The notes beneath the pieces are model-generated. The model made no database searches. It was given only the letters and a program-made list of their open reading frames with translations, and was not told the DNA's origin. From the IMG/VR virus record IMGVR_UViG_3300027902_000008, positions 28,941-92,940 of that record: a stretch of 64,000 nucleotides of DNA. The stretch is one strand, 5' to 3'. How positions within the stretch are numbered: the stretch's first letter is position 1; the number at the start of each line of letters is the position of its first letter. Positions 7,602-19,311 of the stretch are shown here, piece by piece. The stretch comes from a virus. The position numbers and the translations under genes are program-made.

Positions 7602-10600
7602 GTGGTAGATTTAATACCCAAAGAGATGCAAGAAGAATCATTTAGGATAGGAAAGAAAATACACGATTTGATGATTGAATTTCTTGAAGATAAATCTGTG
7701 CCTCTTGAAAAAGGTTTATCTAATATTGAAAAGTTGGTAAACGCAAAAACTTCTGTTGGAACAATTAAGGCTACTATACTTTTTAATTCACTTATGTGTA
7801 ATATCGCTGATTTATTGTGCGGAATATATTATAAAGATGAAGAAAGCGTGATAAAGTTTAAAAATCAATTAGATGAAGTTTTTGAAAGCGTTAAAGAGAA
7901 TTGTGTAAAGTTGTATAAGATGAGAATAGAGGAAGAATTAAAAAATAAGGGAAGTAGTGGTATAAATTAGGAGGTGAATGTGAGATGTGATGACTTAATT
8001 TATAACAAGCCTTGGCTCAAAAAACAAAAGTGCAAAAAGTTCATAGTCCGTCTTTATGATGGATTTGACTATGAATGGATTGATATTACTAAAGCCTTAT
8101 CCTTGAAAGAAGCAATGAAGGTATGGCGTAAGAAGACAAAAGACGGCATAGAAAAATATAAATATGACCATATAGACTACTTTGATGTATTCCCAGCTGA
8201 TACTAAGATGGTCTATAGTAGGAGGTGAATATGAATAAGTGTCCATATTTCTCTGTTTATCATAATGGAGGTCATTGTAAATGCGTTCCAGATGAATGTG
8301 GTTGTGATGGCAATATCTATTCCTGCGAAAACGTAATGCTTAGAAAGTGTTATGAAGATGATTTATGGGAAGATGGGATAAAGAGCAAATTAAAGGTAAT
8401 AAAGAATATCATAATGAGGAGTCTTTGGTAGGAAGGAGATACCAATGAGAAGGAAGAATAGCTTTGAAGATGGTCGTTTTAAAAAGGGTTTTGACGAAAG
8501 AAGAAATACATCTAAAAGCACCTTTGAGAGTTATGATAAGCGAAGAAATTTAAACAGAGATTCATTAGGCAGGTTTTGTGCGATAGGAGCATACTATGGT
8601 TAACTATCAGGCATACGGAAACACACCTCTTTCAGAATTATTCGGTAAAGAGAACGCAGAGAAGCTACTTAAGGGTATGAATCTCTGCAAATCCATAGCT
8701 GTTAAATTAGGAGCTGAATATAATCCACCTTACATCTGGAATAAGAATATGCCAGATAGTTGGTGTAAGATTATAGCCACCGCTGTTATAGATAAAGTAG
8801 ACGCAGATATTAACTGGAAGCCAGATGAAGCATTTATAGATAAGTTGAGGAAGGAGTTAAGAGATGTTTGAGTTTTTCAATCCCAAAAGAAGAGAATTAA
8901 GCAGGGTAAAGTCTTGGTTTATAAAACCGCATAGGGTAAGGCAGATATACACAAGACCAGATGGTTCTAAATACCCTGATTGTTGTGATTGTCAAAAGGT
9001 ATTTGAATATGGTGATTTAGCCTTCTATTGCATCACTTCTCCTATAAGGATAGTTGGATATTCTGCCGTTGGAAAACTATGTTTTAAGTGCGGGATTATA
9101 AGGCTGGCTAAGATAACTTCCAAGAATCAACTTTCTCAATTACAAATGTTAGAATTAGAATACAAGGGAGCATAAGATGAGAATAGCGATTAATCACGAA
9201 AGAGCTGGTATCATTTTCTTTAAAGGAGGTTATCACGCATATTGGATTCGGTATAGCAATGGCTTGAAGTATATAAATGATAAATATAAGAATATGTGGT
9301 GTAAGCCAAAGTTTGAGAAATGCGACTTAAGACCATTAATTAAAAATGGTATCGTAGGTCATTTATAAGGAGGTGAATATGCCAAATGAATTGTTTATTC
9401 ATTCCAGATGTTGTGAAGCTCATTGGGAGTTAGTTGTGGTAGGCAATAAATATGAATTACAATGTGAAAAATGTGGTAAACCAATAGGAAATAGTATTAA
9501 GATTAAGGGTCCCAATATGTCAAAATGTGGGTGTGAAATCTGCAATAGAAAACGTATAGCAAATTCAAATTAGGAGTAAACGATGAAATTTAAGGATTAC
9601 TTTGGCGAGAAGCAATGTGATAATATAAGGAAGCAAATTGAAGAAGCATTTGAATGTGATGAAGCTGTGTTTATCATCATAGGAACCATAAAAGGAGATA
9701 AAAGAGATTTAACCGATTCTTATATGGGTGTTTGTGATAAATGTGTATTACAGGCTGTTGAATATTCTGTCAAAGATGCAAAAAAGAAAGGTTTATTGGT
9801 GGATGAAAAATTAAGTTGTTTTGGAAGGTTCAATTGGAATTAGGAGGAAGTAATGGGAGAGTGTAAAACGTGCTATTTCCACGAAAAGGGTTGGTGTGAT
9901 AAATTTAACTTCCTAATAAAGATGAGACCTAAAGGACGTTGTGATTCTTACCACAATAACTATGATATTGACTTTGTTATAAAATGCAGGAGGAAGAAGA
10001 GATGAGGAATTTAGAATATGCACCAAGATATAGTGCAAAATATAAGTTTTGGCATAGTAGTCGCATTGAATATAAACAAAAATATATGCAATTTGAAAAG
10101 AATAAAATCAAGCATTGTTTACAACAACAAAAGTGTTATGCTGAAAATCCAGAACTTTATTTAGAAAAGAATAAACGCTGGAATAAAGAAAATGCTCAAA
10201 AGCATAATGAACAAAGTAAGAAGTCTTATCATTCAAAAAGGAAGGAGTAAGATGAAAACTAAAGCGATAACTTGGCAAATACATATTCAAAAAACAAATG
10301 GGAAATGGATACCAGTATGTGCAGATTTTGGTCTTGCAATACCAGATAAATTGATAGAAGAAATAGGTTCTTGGTTATCTAAATGGTATGATATTAACCC
10401 AAATTATATGTTTAAAAAAAGGGAGAAGAAATGAAATATAATTTTTATCCTTTTGATTATAAGAACTTTCTTATTGTAAGGGGTAATAAGTCTGTAATTA
10501 AAACAAAAGGCTATCCTATACCAGAAGATATCGGTTTAGAATCTAAATATCTTAAACAAATGAGGGAAGGTCATTTCTGTGGTTATGTTGCAATGCCTAA

Positions 10601-12494
10601 ATGGAAGATACCTTGGCAATGGTGGTCTCATTATGACGCTGATGGGTTGCAGTATCTTTCTATACACGGAGGCATTACTTATTGCCATACAGAAAGTAGG
10701 TTTTGGATTACTGGTTGTCTATTGAAGATACTTTTACACGCAAGCAATAATATTGAGAAATTTATCCTAAACAGAATTAAAGATAAAAAACGCAAAAATA
10801 GAACCTTATTTTTTAAAGATGATTTTCCTGTTATGCCAAATTCTATGAAAGTATCTATTTTCTTTATGCGATTTATAAACCCTTTTATAGAGAGAATATT
10901 GGGAGATTTGGTAGTCTTTGGCTTTGATTGTGCACACGCAGGTGATGAAGAAGATGAGAGGTTCGGAGACCATCAGGTTGTTATGCTATTAACCGAGCAG
11001 ATGGAAAGGCAACTTTTAGACTTTGCTAAGGTATATAGGAAATGGTTTAATTCTTCAAGAGATGAACGTATGGCTATTATGGATAAGATAAGGTTAGGGG
11101 AGAAGTTTAACACAGGATTAGGATTGGGTGCTATGCTTGATATGTTTAGTGGTGGTAAAGACTTTGGGAAAGCAAGCAAAAATAAAGAAGTCAGGGAAAT
11201 CAGACGTATGTGGAGAGCAAGAAAGATTGAGAGGAAGAAAAATGAGAGAGTTAAAAAACAAAGAAAAGGTTAAGATATTCTGTCTGATATGCTTTCTTGT
11301 GCTTATGGAGAATGATGAAGGAATATTCAAGAAACATTATGATTATGTATTGGAAAAGTATGACAGAATATATAATGCTTATTTGATGTATAACTCTCTA
11401 CATATGTCGTTGAGACATCTTGTAATTTCTTATGGAAGGTCTTGGGGAATAGACCTTGAAAAACTTATAGTCCAGATGGAGGTAGATTGTATTGTTCTTT
11501 CAAGAACGGAATTTGACAAAAAATATACTTGGGAGGATTAAATGGAAGATAAAGAACTTGAAAAACTTCAGAAATGTGTTAAGGAAAACGCAGAAAAGAT
11601 TTCTGGTTGTAAAATATTCACAGCCATATTTACAGAAAACTATCTAAAAGAAGCATATCCTGTTTTGCAAATGACAATAGCCATTATGTTAGATAAACCT
11701 ATTTATCTTCTTGTGGAAGAGGGTTATATGCCAAATGGCAAAATACTGAAGATTTGTGATGGCTGGGAGTTCTTTAAACGAGGTGATGAAAAATCATTAG
11801 GAGAAGCCACAAAGAGATTATTAGAAATGGCTAAATTAAACGGACACTTCAAGGAGGTATAAATGCCTAAATATATTATCGGCTTTTGGTATGAGGTAAA
11901 TGGTAGAACAGAAGTAGAGGCAAAATCTTTAAAGGAAGCGGAAATGAAAATTAAAGAAAAACTCGCTTATTCAGGATTAGATGACTTAAAGAATGTAGAT
12001 TATACAGATAGAAATTACGGAATATGTTAAGGAGGTTAAGATGCCTAAATGTCCAGAGTGTAAAGAAGAAATAGACTATTTGAAAAACGTTCAGAATATT
12101 TGGATTAGCACTCCCTTGTCTCTGAATAAAAAAGGTCAGGCAATTTATGACCATAAGCAAAGAGATGAATGGGAAGGTGATGAGGTAGGAACTTGGAACT
12201 GTCCAGAATGCGATAAAGAATTATTTACAGATGAAGATGAAGCAATCAAATTTTTAAAAGGAGTATAAAGTGCAAAAATGTCAGGTATGTAATTATAGTT
12301 TTCCTAATTGTTTGATTAACCCTTTTATTTCTGGAAGGGGAAATATACCTAAATGTTGCCCTATTTGTGCTTTGAATGCGAGAAATAAGATGACTGGGCT
12401 TCCAAAAAGCACTAAATTCACAGGAACGACTGCTGGTAGGATGTGGAGAGTGGCAGTCAGGTATGCTAAAAGGAAGGGATATAAAATTGCCTAA
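7602..12494 (+). other. Dense array of small hypothetical ORFs, many with CxxC zinc-ribbon motifs
   Basis: About 20 short + strand ORFs with SD sites; includes 10431..11273 (CGYV...HGGITY...FGFDCAH motif). Confidence 0.7.
8445..8603 (+). CDS. 52-aa basic peptide with repeated F..G/Y-D-RRN motifs (not in ORF track)
   Basis: AAGGAG RBS; MRRKNSFEDGRFKKGFDERRNTSKSTFESYDKRRNLNRDSLGRF... Confidence 0.5.
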   Translation: MRRKNSFEDGRFKKGFDERRNTSKSTFESYDKRRNLNRDSLGRFCAIGAYYG

Positions 12495-12562
12495 AATTGC
12501 CTAAAGAAATATAAAACAAGGGTTGTAAAGAAGTCAGAAGAGAAAATAGGCAAAAATAATTC

Positions 12563-12591
12563 TTGACAAAAATATAAAAATGATATATTAT
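12563..12591 (+). promoter_or_regulatory. Sigma70-like promoter of the replication module
   Basis: TTGACA 12563-68, 17-nt spacer, TATTAT 12586-91; A-rich upstream; intergenic. Confidence 0.7.
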
Positions 12592-12883
12592 AACTGTTAG
12601 AAAGTTCGCTGAGAATCCCTATTTAGAAAAGGAGGTGGAGAATGGCGAAAACAGTTATAAAATATGAGGTGGTTGTTTCTTTATTGAATGGCAGAGATAC
12701 AGATATTTTTATAGCCGATAAATATAAGGTGCAACCAGACGGACTCGTAAAGTGTGAAGGAACTTATCGCAGGAAGAAAAGGCAACAAATAATGTATTTC
12801 CCACTTACAAGTATCTCCTCAATAGAAGAGTATGAAGTGGATTCTGGTGCTGAAGTCAAAGAAAAAGAAGAGGTCTAAAATTT

Positions 12884-12915
12884 AAAGGGGGTATAAACTG
12901 CCCCCCTTTCTTATT
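12884..12915 (+). terminator. Putative intrinsic terminator/hairpin
   Basis: AAAGGGGGT...GCCCCCCTTTCTTATT between genes. Confidence 0.45.
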
Positions 12916-12929
12916 TGAGGAGGTTCTAA

Positions 12930-13535
12930 ATGTTAATTAAAGCCAAAGATATTCCAAATTCAATAGGTTTAGCAGGAAACATTTCCGTAAGTGGCAAAAT
13001 AATCAGGGTATTTGATAGGAAGTCTGGGGAAAGCGATAAAGGTAAATGGGCTTTCCAAAATATCATTGTTCAAGATGATACGGGAGAGTTTACAGTTTGT
13101 TTAAAAAATAGAGATGAAGAGATGAAGTCTACTGACGTTGATAGGCTTGCTACCTTTAACTCTTCTGAAACAAAAAACGGAATTATGGGTGTCAAAATTG
13201 AAAAAGACACCTATAAAGACAAGGATAACCAAGAGAAAACTTCTATCAAAGTTATAGTTACGAGAAGTGCCAAAATAGACTTTGATAGCGAGGTTGTTAA
13301 GGAAGCTTCCAAGACAACAGAAGAGGAAGTAGAGGTTGAACCAGCTGTGGAATTAGACCTTGACCAATTGCGTAAAGACACCATTAAGACAACTCTTGAT
13401 GCTTGGAAAGATGCAATAGGTTTAAATGATATACCAATTGACAATCCCAAGTATTATGAGATACTTAATTCTGTTATTCTTGCTTGTGGTAGAAATGCCG
13501 ACACCTTGTTTATAGCCAAGAAAGGCGGTAAGTAA
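12930..13535 (+). CDS. OB-fold ssDNA-binding protein
   Basis: ISVSGKIIRVFDRK...WAFQNIIVQDDTGEFTVCL OB pattern; acidic linker; replication context. Confidence 0.6.
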   Translation: MLIKAKDIPNSIGLAGNISVSGKIIRVFDRKSGESDKGKWAFQNIIVQDDTGEFTVCLKNRDEEMKSTDVDRLATFNSSETKNGIMGVKIEKDTYKDKDNQEKTSIKVIVTRSAKIDFDSEVVKEASKTTEEEVEVEPAVELDLDQLRKDTIKTTLDAWKDAIGLNDIPIDNPKYYEILNSVILACGRNADTLFIAKKGGK

Positions 13536-13762
13536 TGGAAAAATTAGCCAAAAGAAACGATACAGAAATAAGAGTATCAGTAACAGAATATAAAGGTAAG
13601 GCTTATGTAGATATTAGAGAGTGGCATTGCACAGAAGATAACCCTGAGTTTAAACCTACCAAAAAGGGAGTTACTATCCCATTAAATCTTTGGGATGAGT
13701 TTGCAAGTATAGTTTCCAACGTAGATATAAAGAAGGTTGACAAAGGAGAAGAAATAGAGTAG
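13535..13762 (+). CDS. PC4/YdbC-family ssDNA-binding protein
   Basis: IRVSVTEYKGKAYVDIREW...PTKKGVTIP signature. Confidence 0.85.
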   Translation: MEKLAKRNDTEIRVSVTEYKGKAYVDIREWHCTEDNPEFKPTKKGVTIPLNLWDEFASIVSNVDIKKVDKGEEIE

Positions 13763-13771
13763 GAGGTAAGT

Positions 13772-14200
13772 ATGGGAAAAGACCTGCAAGAATATCTCAT
13801 AAAGATACTTGGTGCAAGAACTATATGTTTCAATGAAAAGTTGCGTTATATGCTTAATAGCGTAAATTCAGCAATATTCTTGCATAAACTCTTGTGGTGG
13901 TATGGTAAAAGCGGAGACCCTGAATGGATTTTCAAGACCGCTGAGGAATGTGAAGAAGAAACTACCCTTACTACCTCTCAACAAGATACTGCTATCAAAA
14001 AGCTCGTAGATTTAGGCATTATTGAATATAAGGTAAAGGGAATACCACCTATAAGGCATTTTAAGCTTAATAAAGATAAGATAATAGAATGTTGCCTTAA
14101 ATATACGGAATCCCTAAATCCATCTGGTCAAAACAACGGAATCAATTTAGTGAAAAGCGAAGTTGAAAATGGCGAAAAGGAGATTTCGGAAGTTCACTAA
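13772..14200 (+). CDS. Phage replication initiator, N-terminal winged-helix part
   Basis: SAIFLHKLLWW...WIFKTAEE.EEET.LT..QQ..AIKKL...GIIEYKVKGIP...HFKLN. Confidence 0.7.
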   Translation: MGKDLQEYLIKILGARTICFNEKLRYMLNSVNSAIFLHKLLWWYGKSGDPEWIFKTAEECEEETTLTTSQQDTAIKKLVDLGIIEYKVKGIPPIRHFKLNKDKIIECCLKYTESLNPSGQNNGINLVKSEVENGEKEISEVH

Positions 14201-14420
14201 ATCTTTTTTGTCAAAAACCGAAAACTATTTGGCTAAAACCCTAAATCTTATACAATAGAATACTCCAATAGAAGACATACAATACTTTATCTTTTATTAA
14301 AGATAAAGCTTTTAATAAAAGATACCAAAAAGCAGGTTTTGACTTGAAAAACCTTTTTAATATAAGTAAAAGAACTGCAATTGAGAAAGAGAATACCACT
14401 ACCCAATTGCAGTCTTTTTA
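14111..14420. promoter_or_regulatory. Putative replication origin
   Basis: Degenerate CTAAATC-containing repeats; perfect 14-bp IR TATCTTTTATTAAA 14288-14301 / TTTAATAAAAGATA 14311-14324; 10-bp IR ACTGCAATTG/CAATTGCAGT. Confidence 0.45.
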
Positions 14421-14455
14421 TTGTAGAGGGATTAGTTTAGGGATAGGATTTAGAT

Positions 14456-14977
14456 ATGACAGAGCTTTTCAGAAAAACAGATATAATCGTGTCGCAGGAC
14501 AAGTCAAGAAAGTTGTCAGATAAGCAATGGCTGGCTATCAAGAGAGATAGAGTAATCAAATACTTCTGTGAGGCTTGGAAGAAGAAATACAGCATAATCT
14601 ATGTAATCCCGCCAAAGTCTTTTATGACAGTTGAAAAACCCATATCAGATGCTTTGGCAAGCAACTACACCCCAGAAATGCTTTGCCAAGCCATAGATTC
14701 TTACCTTTCAAATGAGTTTGTGGGCTATGTGGAGAATAGCCATCCTATCAGATTTTTTACCAAAGACATTACCAGATGGGTTATGCAGAGCAAGAAAGAC
14801 ATCAAGATAAAGGAAACCAAACCTGAAACTGATTTGGTTAGGGAACTCAATTTCAAATATGGGATTATCAAAAGGGGAGACAGTTATCTTGATGAGGAAG
14901 GCAATGTTTATGTAGATGCTCCATCAGCAATAAAGGCAGTAGAAAAGAGGAGAGGGAACCTTGGAAAAACTATTTAA
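14456..14977 (+). CDS. Replication protein, C-terminal helical-domain-like
   Basis: YF...WKK.Y ... L.QAID.YL......NSHPI.FF pattern; lies between initiator and primase-helicase. Confidence 0.45.
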   Translation: MTELFRKTDIIVSQDKSRKLSDKQWLAIKRDRVIKYFCEAWKKKYSIIYVIPPKSFMTVEKPISDALASNYTPEMLCQAIDSYLSNEFVGYVENSHPIRFFTKDITRWVMQSKKDIKIKETKPETDLVRELNFKYGIIKRGDSYLDEEGNVYVDAPSAIKAVEKRRGNLGKTI

Positions 14978-15078
14978 CTGGATAAAGTTTATATTGGGGA
15001 TTATTTTTACAGCCATAGGTATATCTTTATATGCTTTGTTCCTATTCGTGGATTCTATAATATTTGGGATAAGAAGCG

Positions 15079-17394
15079 GTGCAAAATATTTCTGCGAAGG
15101 AGGTGAATTTGCTTATAAAGGAGTTTGAGCAAAAGAAGGCAGAGCTTCGTAGCCACCTTAAAGACTATCTTCAAATGATGGGTAGGAAGTTAGATAATAA
15201 TTCTTGCCAATGCCCTAATGGTGTAGAGCATAAGCACGATGATGCTCATATGTCCTGTGGTATCACGGATGACGAGATGAACTTCCACTGTATGATGTGT
15301 GATGCCAAGGGAGACATCTTTAGTGCTGCTAACTACATTGAGAATAAGCCACTTGTGGGAGAAGAGTTTATAACAGAGAACTTTATGTATTTGGCTAAAC
15401 TCTTCAATGTATCTTACGAATTGGAAGAGATAAGCGAAGAGGAAAAGCAGATACAAAAGGTTTATCTGATATATGACAGAGCTAAGGAGATACTCAAGAA
15501 GAATTTTGTGGTAAGCAAGGATTGTAAAGAATATGCCAAAAAAAGAGGCTGGGAGAAGTTAGAGAATGATTTTGAATTTGGTTCTTGCGAGAGTTATGAC
15601 AAGATGATAGGTTTGCTTGAGAAAGAATTTGATAGGCAGTCTTTGTTAAAGGCAGGTATTTATCACAAGGACTTATTCCAAGATAGGTTTATTATTCCAA
15701 TAAGAGATACAAGTGGTAGGGTTTGTGCCTTTGGTTCACGTTCTATGGCTGACCAAGGTAGGTATATCAATTCCAAGACAAATCTAATTTATGACAAGTC
15801 AAGCACGCTTTATAATCTTAATAGTGCAAGGAAAGTTAGCACTTCTGTATATTTAGTGGAAGGCTTTGCTGATTGCCTGACTATGATTAAGCACGGCTTA
15901 CAGAACGTTGTTGCTGTAGGTGGCACGTCCTTTACAGCCAAGCAGTATGAATTGTTGATTAGGAACAGAATCAGGAAGGCGGTCTTATGCTTTGACAATG
16001 ATGAGGCAGGTATACAGGCTCTTGATAAGGCATTAACCAAAGTGATAGGCAATAAGAAGGATATGCTTATCTATATTAAGGAGATTGTAGATGCCAAAGA
16101 CCCTGATGAGTTTATCAATAAGTTTGGTGTAGATAAGTTCGTAGAACTTTCAGAATTAACTGTATTTGAATGGCGATTAAGGAAATTTGCCTTTGCACAT
16201 TCCGAAATATTAAAGAGCCAAATCCTTGAAGATATTATCAATGAGACTTCCTATATTGAAAGGGATAGGATGTGTGATAAGTTTTCAAAGGAAACAAATA
16301 TAAGACTTGAAACAGTCCAGAAGGAAGTGCAAAGACTTGAACTCATAAAGAAAGAGCAATTAGATATTACTACAACCGATATTATCAAAGAAGAAACCGA
16401 ATTTGAGAAGAAGGTCAATGAATTTGAAGAATGGGTTTTCTCACGCAAGACAGAATTATTGGGTATGCCTTGCGGTTTCCCAAGGTTAACAGAGGCTTTA
16501 GATGGTATACAAAATGGCTTATATTTGGTAGGTGGAAGACCGAATATTGGGAAAACATCTTTTAATCTACAGCTGGCTTATAACCTTGCCTTGAATAATG
16601 AAAAGGTTTTCTGTTTGATATGGTCAATAGATGATAACCTGAAAAAAGTTATACCAAGGTTAGTAGCTACTGAATGCGGGATACCAATTAACATAGTGTC
16701 TAATCCTGTCCATAAGTTAAAACCAGAGTATGGATATGCACCTGAGTTGATTAAGGATATGATGAATAAGAGAGAGCAAGCCATTAACCGCTTAAAATCA
16801 CTTTCTAAACGTTTCCTAATCAAAGATATAAGTAGTGGTAATAGCGTAGAAGCAATTGAGAAATCTGTTATGACTTGCAGGGCTATTACCAAAACAGAAA
16901 ATATGCAGTTAGTATTGGTAATAGACAACTTTCATAAATTGACTACGGATAAATATATGACAGACACAAGGGCGAAGTTTACCTATCTGTCAGAGCAGAT
17001 TAAGAGAATATCAAATGTATATGATGCTCCTGTAATATGCACAGTTGAGTTGAGAAAATCAGAAAACATAAGACCGCTGGAAGATGATATCAAAGAAACA
17101 GTTGATTTGGTATATGATGCAGATTGCATACTCTTGCTACATAATGAGGTGCATAGGTTAGGTGAGTATGAGAGCAAAATCTTCTTTGTGGATGAGCAGG
17201 GTAATAAGAAGCCCATATTGGAAGTAGATGTTTGTAAGAACAAAACCAGTTCTTTTAAAGGAGAATTATTTTTTAGGTTTTATACAGAGTTAAGCAGGGT
17301 AGTAGAGTGCGACCAATATGAATCACGAAAGATAAAAGGTATCTTATTGGGGATTCCAGAAGAAACTGCACAGAAAGGCAGGGAAAATGGGTGA
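15079..17394 (+). CDS. DnaG-type primase fused to DnaB-type helicase
   Basis: Zn finger (CP..H...C..C); RFIIPI..GR..AFG.R, YINS; TOPRIM YLVEGFAD and CFDNDEAG, KDPDE; Walker A GGRPNIGKT, VIDNFH, KNK. Start may be TTG 15109 after AGGAGGTG. Confidence 0.92.
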   Translation: MQNISAKEVNLLIKEFEQKKAELRSHLKDYLQMMGRKLDNNSCQCPNGVEHKHDDAHMSCGITDDEMNFHCMMCDAKGDIFSAANYIENKPLVGEEFITENFMYLAKLFNVSYELEEISEEEKQIQKVYLIYDRAKEILKKNFVVSKDCKEYAKKRGWEKLENDFEFGSCESYDKMIGLLEKEFDRQSLLKAGIYHKDLFQDRFIIPIRDTSGRVCAFGSRSMADQGRYINSKTNLIYDKSSTLYNLNSARKVSTSVYLVEGFADCLTMIKHGLQNVVAVGGTSFTAKQYELLIRNRIRKAVLCFDNDEAGIQALDKALTKVIGNKKDMLIYIKEIVDAKDPDEFINKFGVDKFVELSELTVFEWRLRKFAFAHSEILKSQILEDIINETSYIERDRMCDKFSKETNIRLETVQKEVQRLELIKKEQLDITTTDIIKEETEFEKKVNEFEEWVFSRKTELLGMPCGFPRLTEALDGIQNGLYLVGGRPNIGKTSFNLQLAYNLALNNEKVFCLIWSIDDNLKKVIPRLVATECGIPINIVSNPVHKLKPEYGYAPELIKDMMNKREQAINRLKSLSKRFLIKDISSGNSVEAIEKSVMTCRAITKTENMQLVLVIDNFHKLTTDKYMTDTRAKFTYLSEQIKRISNVYDAPVICTVELRKSENIRPLEDDIKETVDLVYDADCILLLHNEVHRLGEYESKIFFVDEQGNKKPILEVDVCKNKTSSFKGELFFRFYTELSRVVECDQYESRKIKGILLGIPEETAQKGRENG

Positions 17395-18412
17395 AGGGCT
17401 TGATAAGACAATATCTTTAATAGAGAAAAAGTTCGGTAAAGGTTCTATCGCTTTGGCGAGTAAATTCAAAGGATTGGATATTAAGAGACTGCCAACTGGA
17501 AGTTTTAGTATGGATTTGGAAACTGGCGGTGGCTATCCTTTAAGTAGGATAGTAGAGATGTATGGCGAGTTGAGTTCTGGTAAGACAACCTGTGCGTTGA
17601 AGGCAGTTGCAGAGATACAAAAGACAAAAAGAAAGGCAGTATGGGTTGATGCTGAAGGCGTATTTCATAATGACTGGGCAAAAACTTTAGGTGTTAATAT
17701 TGAAGAGTTGTTTATAGTAAAGGCTGAAACTGCCGAAAGAATGTTAGATATAGCAGATGCGGTTGTCAGGTCTAAAGACTGCGGTTTGCTGGTTATAGAT
17801 AGTGTTGCTGCTTTAATGCCTTTGGCAGAAGAAGAAGTGCCTATGGAAGACACAGAAACTTTGGGTGATAGAGCCAGAATGATGAACAGGTTTATGAGAA
17901 AACTTCATAGTGCCTTAAATATGCGTGAAGATGAAGTTCCAAATGAATGTTTGGTAATGCTCATCAACCAGACAAGAGATGCTATTGGGAAGTATGGCGA
18001 CCCTACAACAACTACAGGTGGAAAAGGCATTGGGTTTGGTTCAAGCCTTAGAATCCATTTGAGAAGGAAAGATTGGATAAAAGAGGGTAGTGGTGATAAA
18101 GAAAGGGTTGTAGGACAGATTATAAAGTTTAGGACTACCAAATCAAAGGTATTCTCTCCTTATAGAGATGGGGAGTTTGACTTCTATTTTGAGGATGCCT
18201 ACGGCTTGAAAAAGGGAGAAATAGACAGAGTTAAGGAAGTAATCAATTATGGGATATTCTACAATATAATCAAGCAGGGCGGTTCTTTCTTTAGTTATGA
18301 AACCCATAAGTTTCAAGGCAGAGAAAAACTTTATGAGTTCTTTAAAGACAATACCAAAGAGGCTGTTAAGATTAAAACAGAAATTATGGAGATAGCACTC
18401 AGGAGTGTTTAA
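17387..18412 (+). CDS. recA: RecA recombinase
   Basis: IEKKFGKGS, TGSFSMD..GGGYP, GELSSGKTT, VDAE, VIDSVAAL, INQ.R, TTGG. Confidence 0.95.
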   Translation: MGEGLDKTISLIEKKFGKGSIALASKFKGLDIKRLPTGSFSMDLETGGGYPLSRIVEMYGELSSGKTTCALKAVAEIQKTKRKAVWVDAEGVFHNDWAKTLGVNIEELFIVKAETAERMLDIADAVVRSKDCGLLVIDSVAALMPLAEEEVPMEDTETLGDRARMMNRFMRKLHSALNMREDEVPNECLVMLINQTRDAIGKYGDPTTTTGGKGIGFGSSLRIHLRRKDWIKEGSGDKERVVGQIIKFRTTKSKVFSPYRDGEFDFYFEDAYGLKKGEIDRVKEVINYGIFYNIIKQGGSFFSYETHKFQGREKLYEFFKDNTKEAVKIKTEIMEIALRSV

Positions 18413-18600
18413 ATGCAACTTAAAAAAGTGAAGAAATGGTCTAAGATACTTTATACTTCTCCTTGTTATGGTTTTGAGATAAAAGAACAATTAGTAAAAT
18501 ATAGTTCAAGTCCTTTATTTGGTCATTTTCATAATGATAAAAGAAGTTATAAGATTAAAATCATTGTTGAACAACTCCTTCAGCCGAAAGCGAGTCTTAA

Positions 18601-19311
18601 ATGCCATTAAAAAAATCTTCTGGACAGATGTATTCTTGGGTTGATTATGTCCATAGCCATTTAGGTGGAGAATGTCCGCATAGATGTAGTTATTGTTATG
18701 TTCAAAGGAATAGGTTTGGGGTAAGCCCAAGATACAAAGGTGAGTTAAGACCTATCTATCAAGAGTTTAAAGTTGAGTATGGTTATGGTAGGACTATCTT
18801 CATAGAGCATATGAATGATATGTTTGCCAATGAGATTGACAGCTATTGGATAATAAACATACTTGAACATTGTAGGAAGTATCCTTCAAATACTTATGTG
18901 TTTCAGACCAAAAATCCTTCAAGGGCTTTTGATTTTATATCTCATTTCCCAGAGAAGTTTGTGATTGGGACTACTATTGAAAGTAATAGGCTGTATGAAA
19001 ACATTACCAAAGCCCCTGAGCCAGTATTGAGATTTATGGGTTTGATGTTGTTCAAGGCAAGAAAGGTTTTGGGAGGGAAAAATATGGAGATTTTTATAAC
19101 CCTTGAGCCTATATTAGATTTTGATGTGGACGCTTTGATAGAATGGTTTAGAACTTTACAACCTGACTTTATCAATATAGGTGCTGATTCCAAAAATTGC
19201 CACTTACCAGAGCCTTCCAAAGAGAAGATTTTGGAGCTTATGTCTAAGTGCGGAGAGCATAATATTCCCATTAGAAAGAAAGTTAACCTAACAAGGATAA
19301 TAGGAGGATAA
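18601..19311 (+). CDS. Radical SAM-like protein (phage Gp37/Gp68, DUF5131-like)
   Basis: CPHRCSYC; IF...MNDMF; FQTKNP.R; GTTIE; TLEPIL. Confidence 0.75.
   Translation: MPLKKSSGQMYSWVDYVHSHLGGECPHRCSYCYVQRNRFGVSPRYKGELRPIYQEFKVEYGYGRTIFIEHMNDMFANEIDSYWIINILEHCRKYPSNTYVFQTKNPSRAFDFISHFPEKFVIGTTIESNRLYENITKAPEPVLRFMGLMLFKARKVLGGKNMEIFITLEPILDFDVDALIEWFRTLQPDFINIGADSKNCHLPEPSKEKILELMSKCGEHNIPIRKKVNLTRIIGG

Noticed and set aside
12482-12505. TAAAATTGCC tandem duplication
   Set aside because: Two copies of 10 nt at a gene end; a simple local duplication with no further structure.
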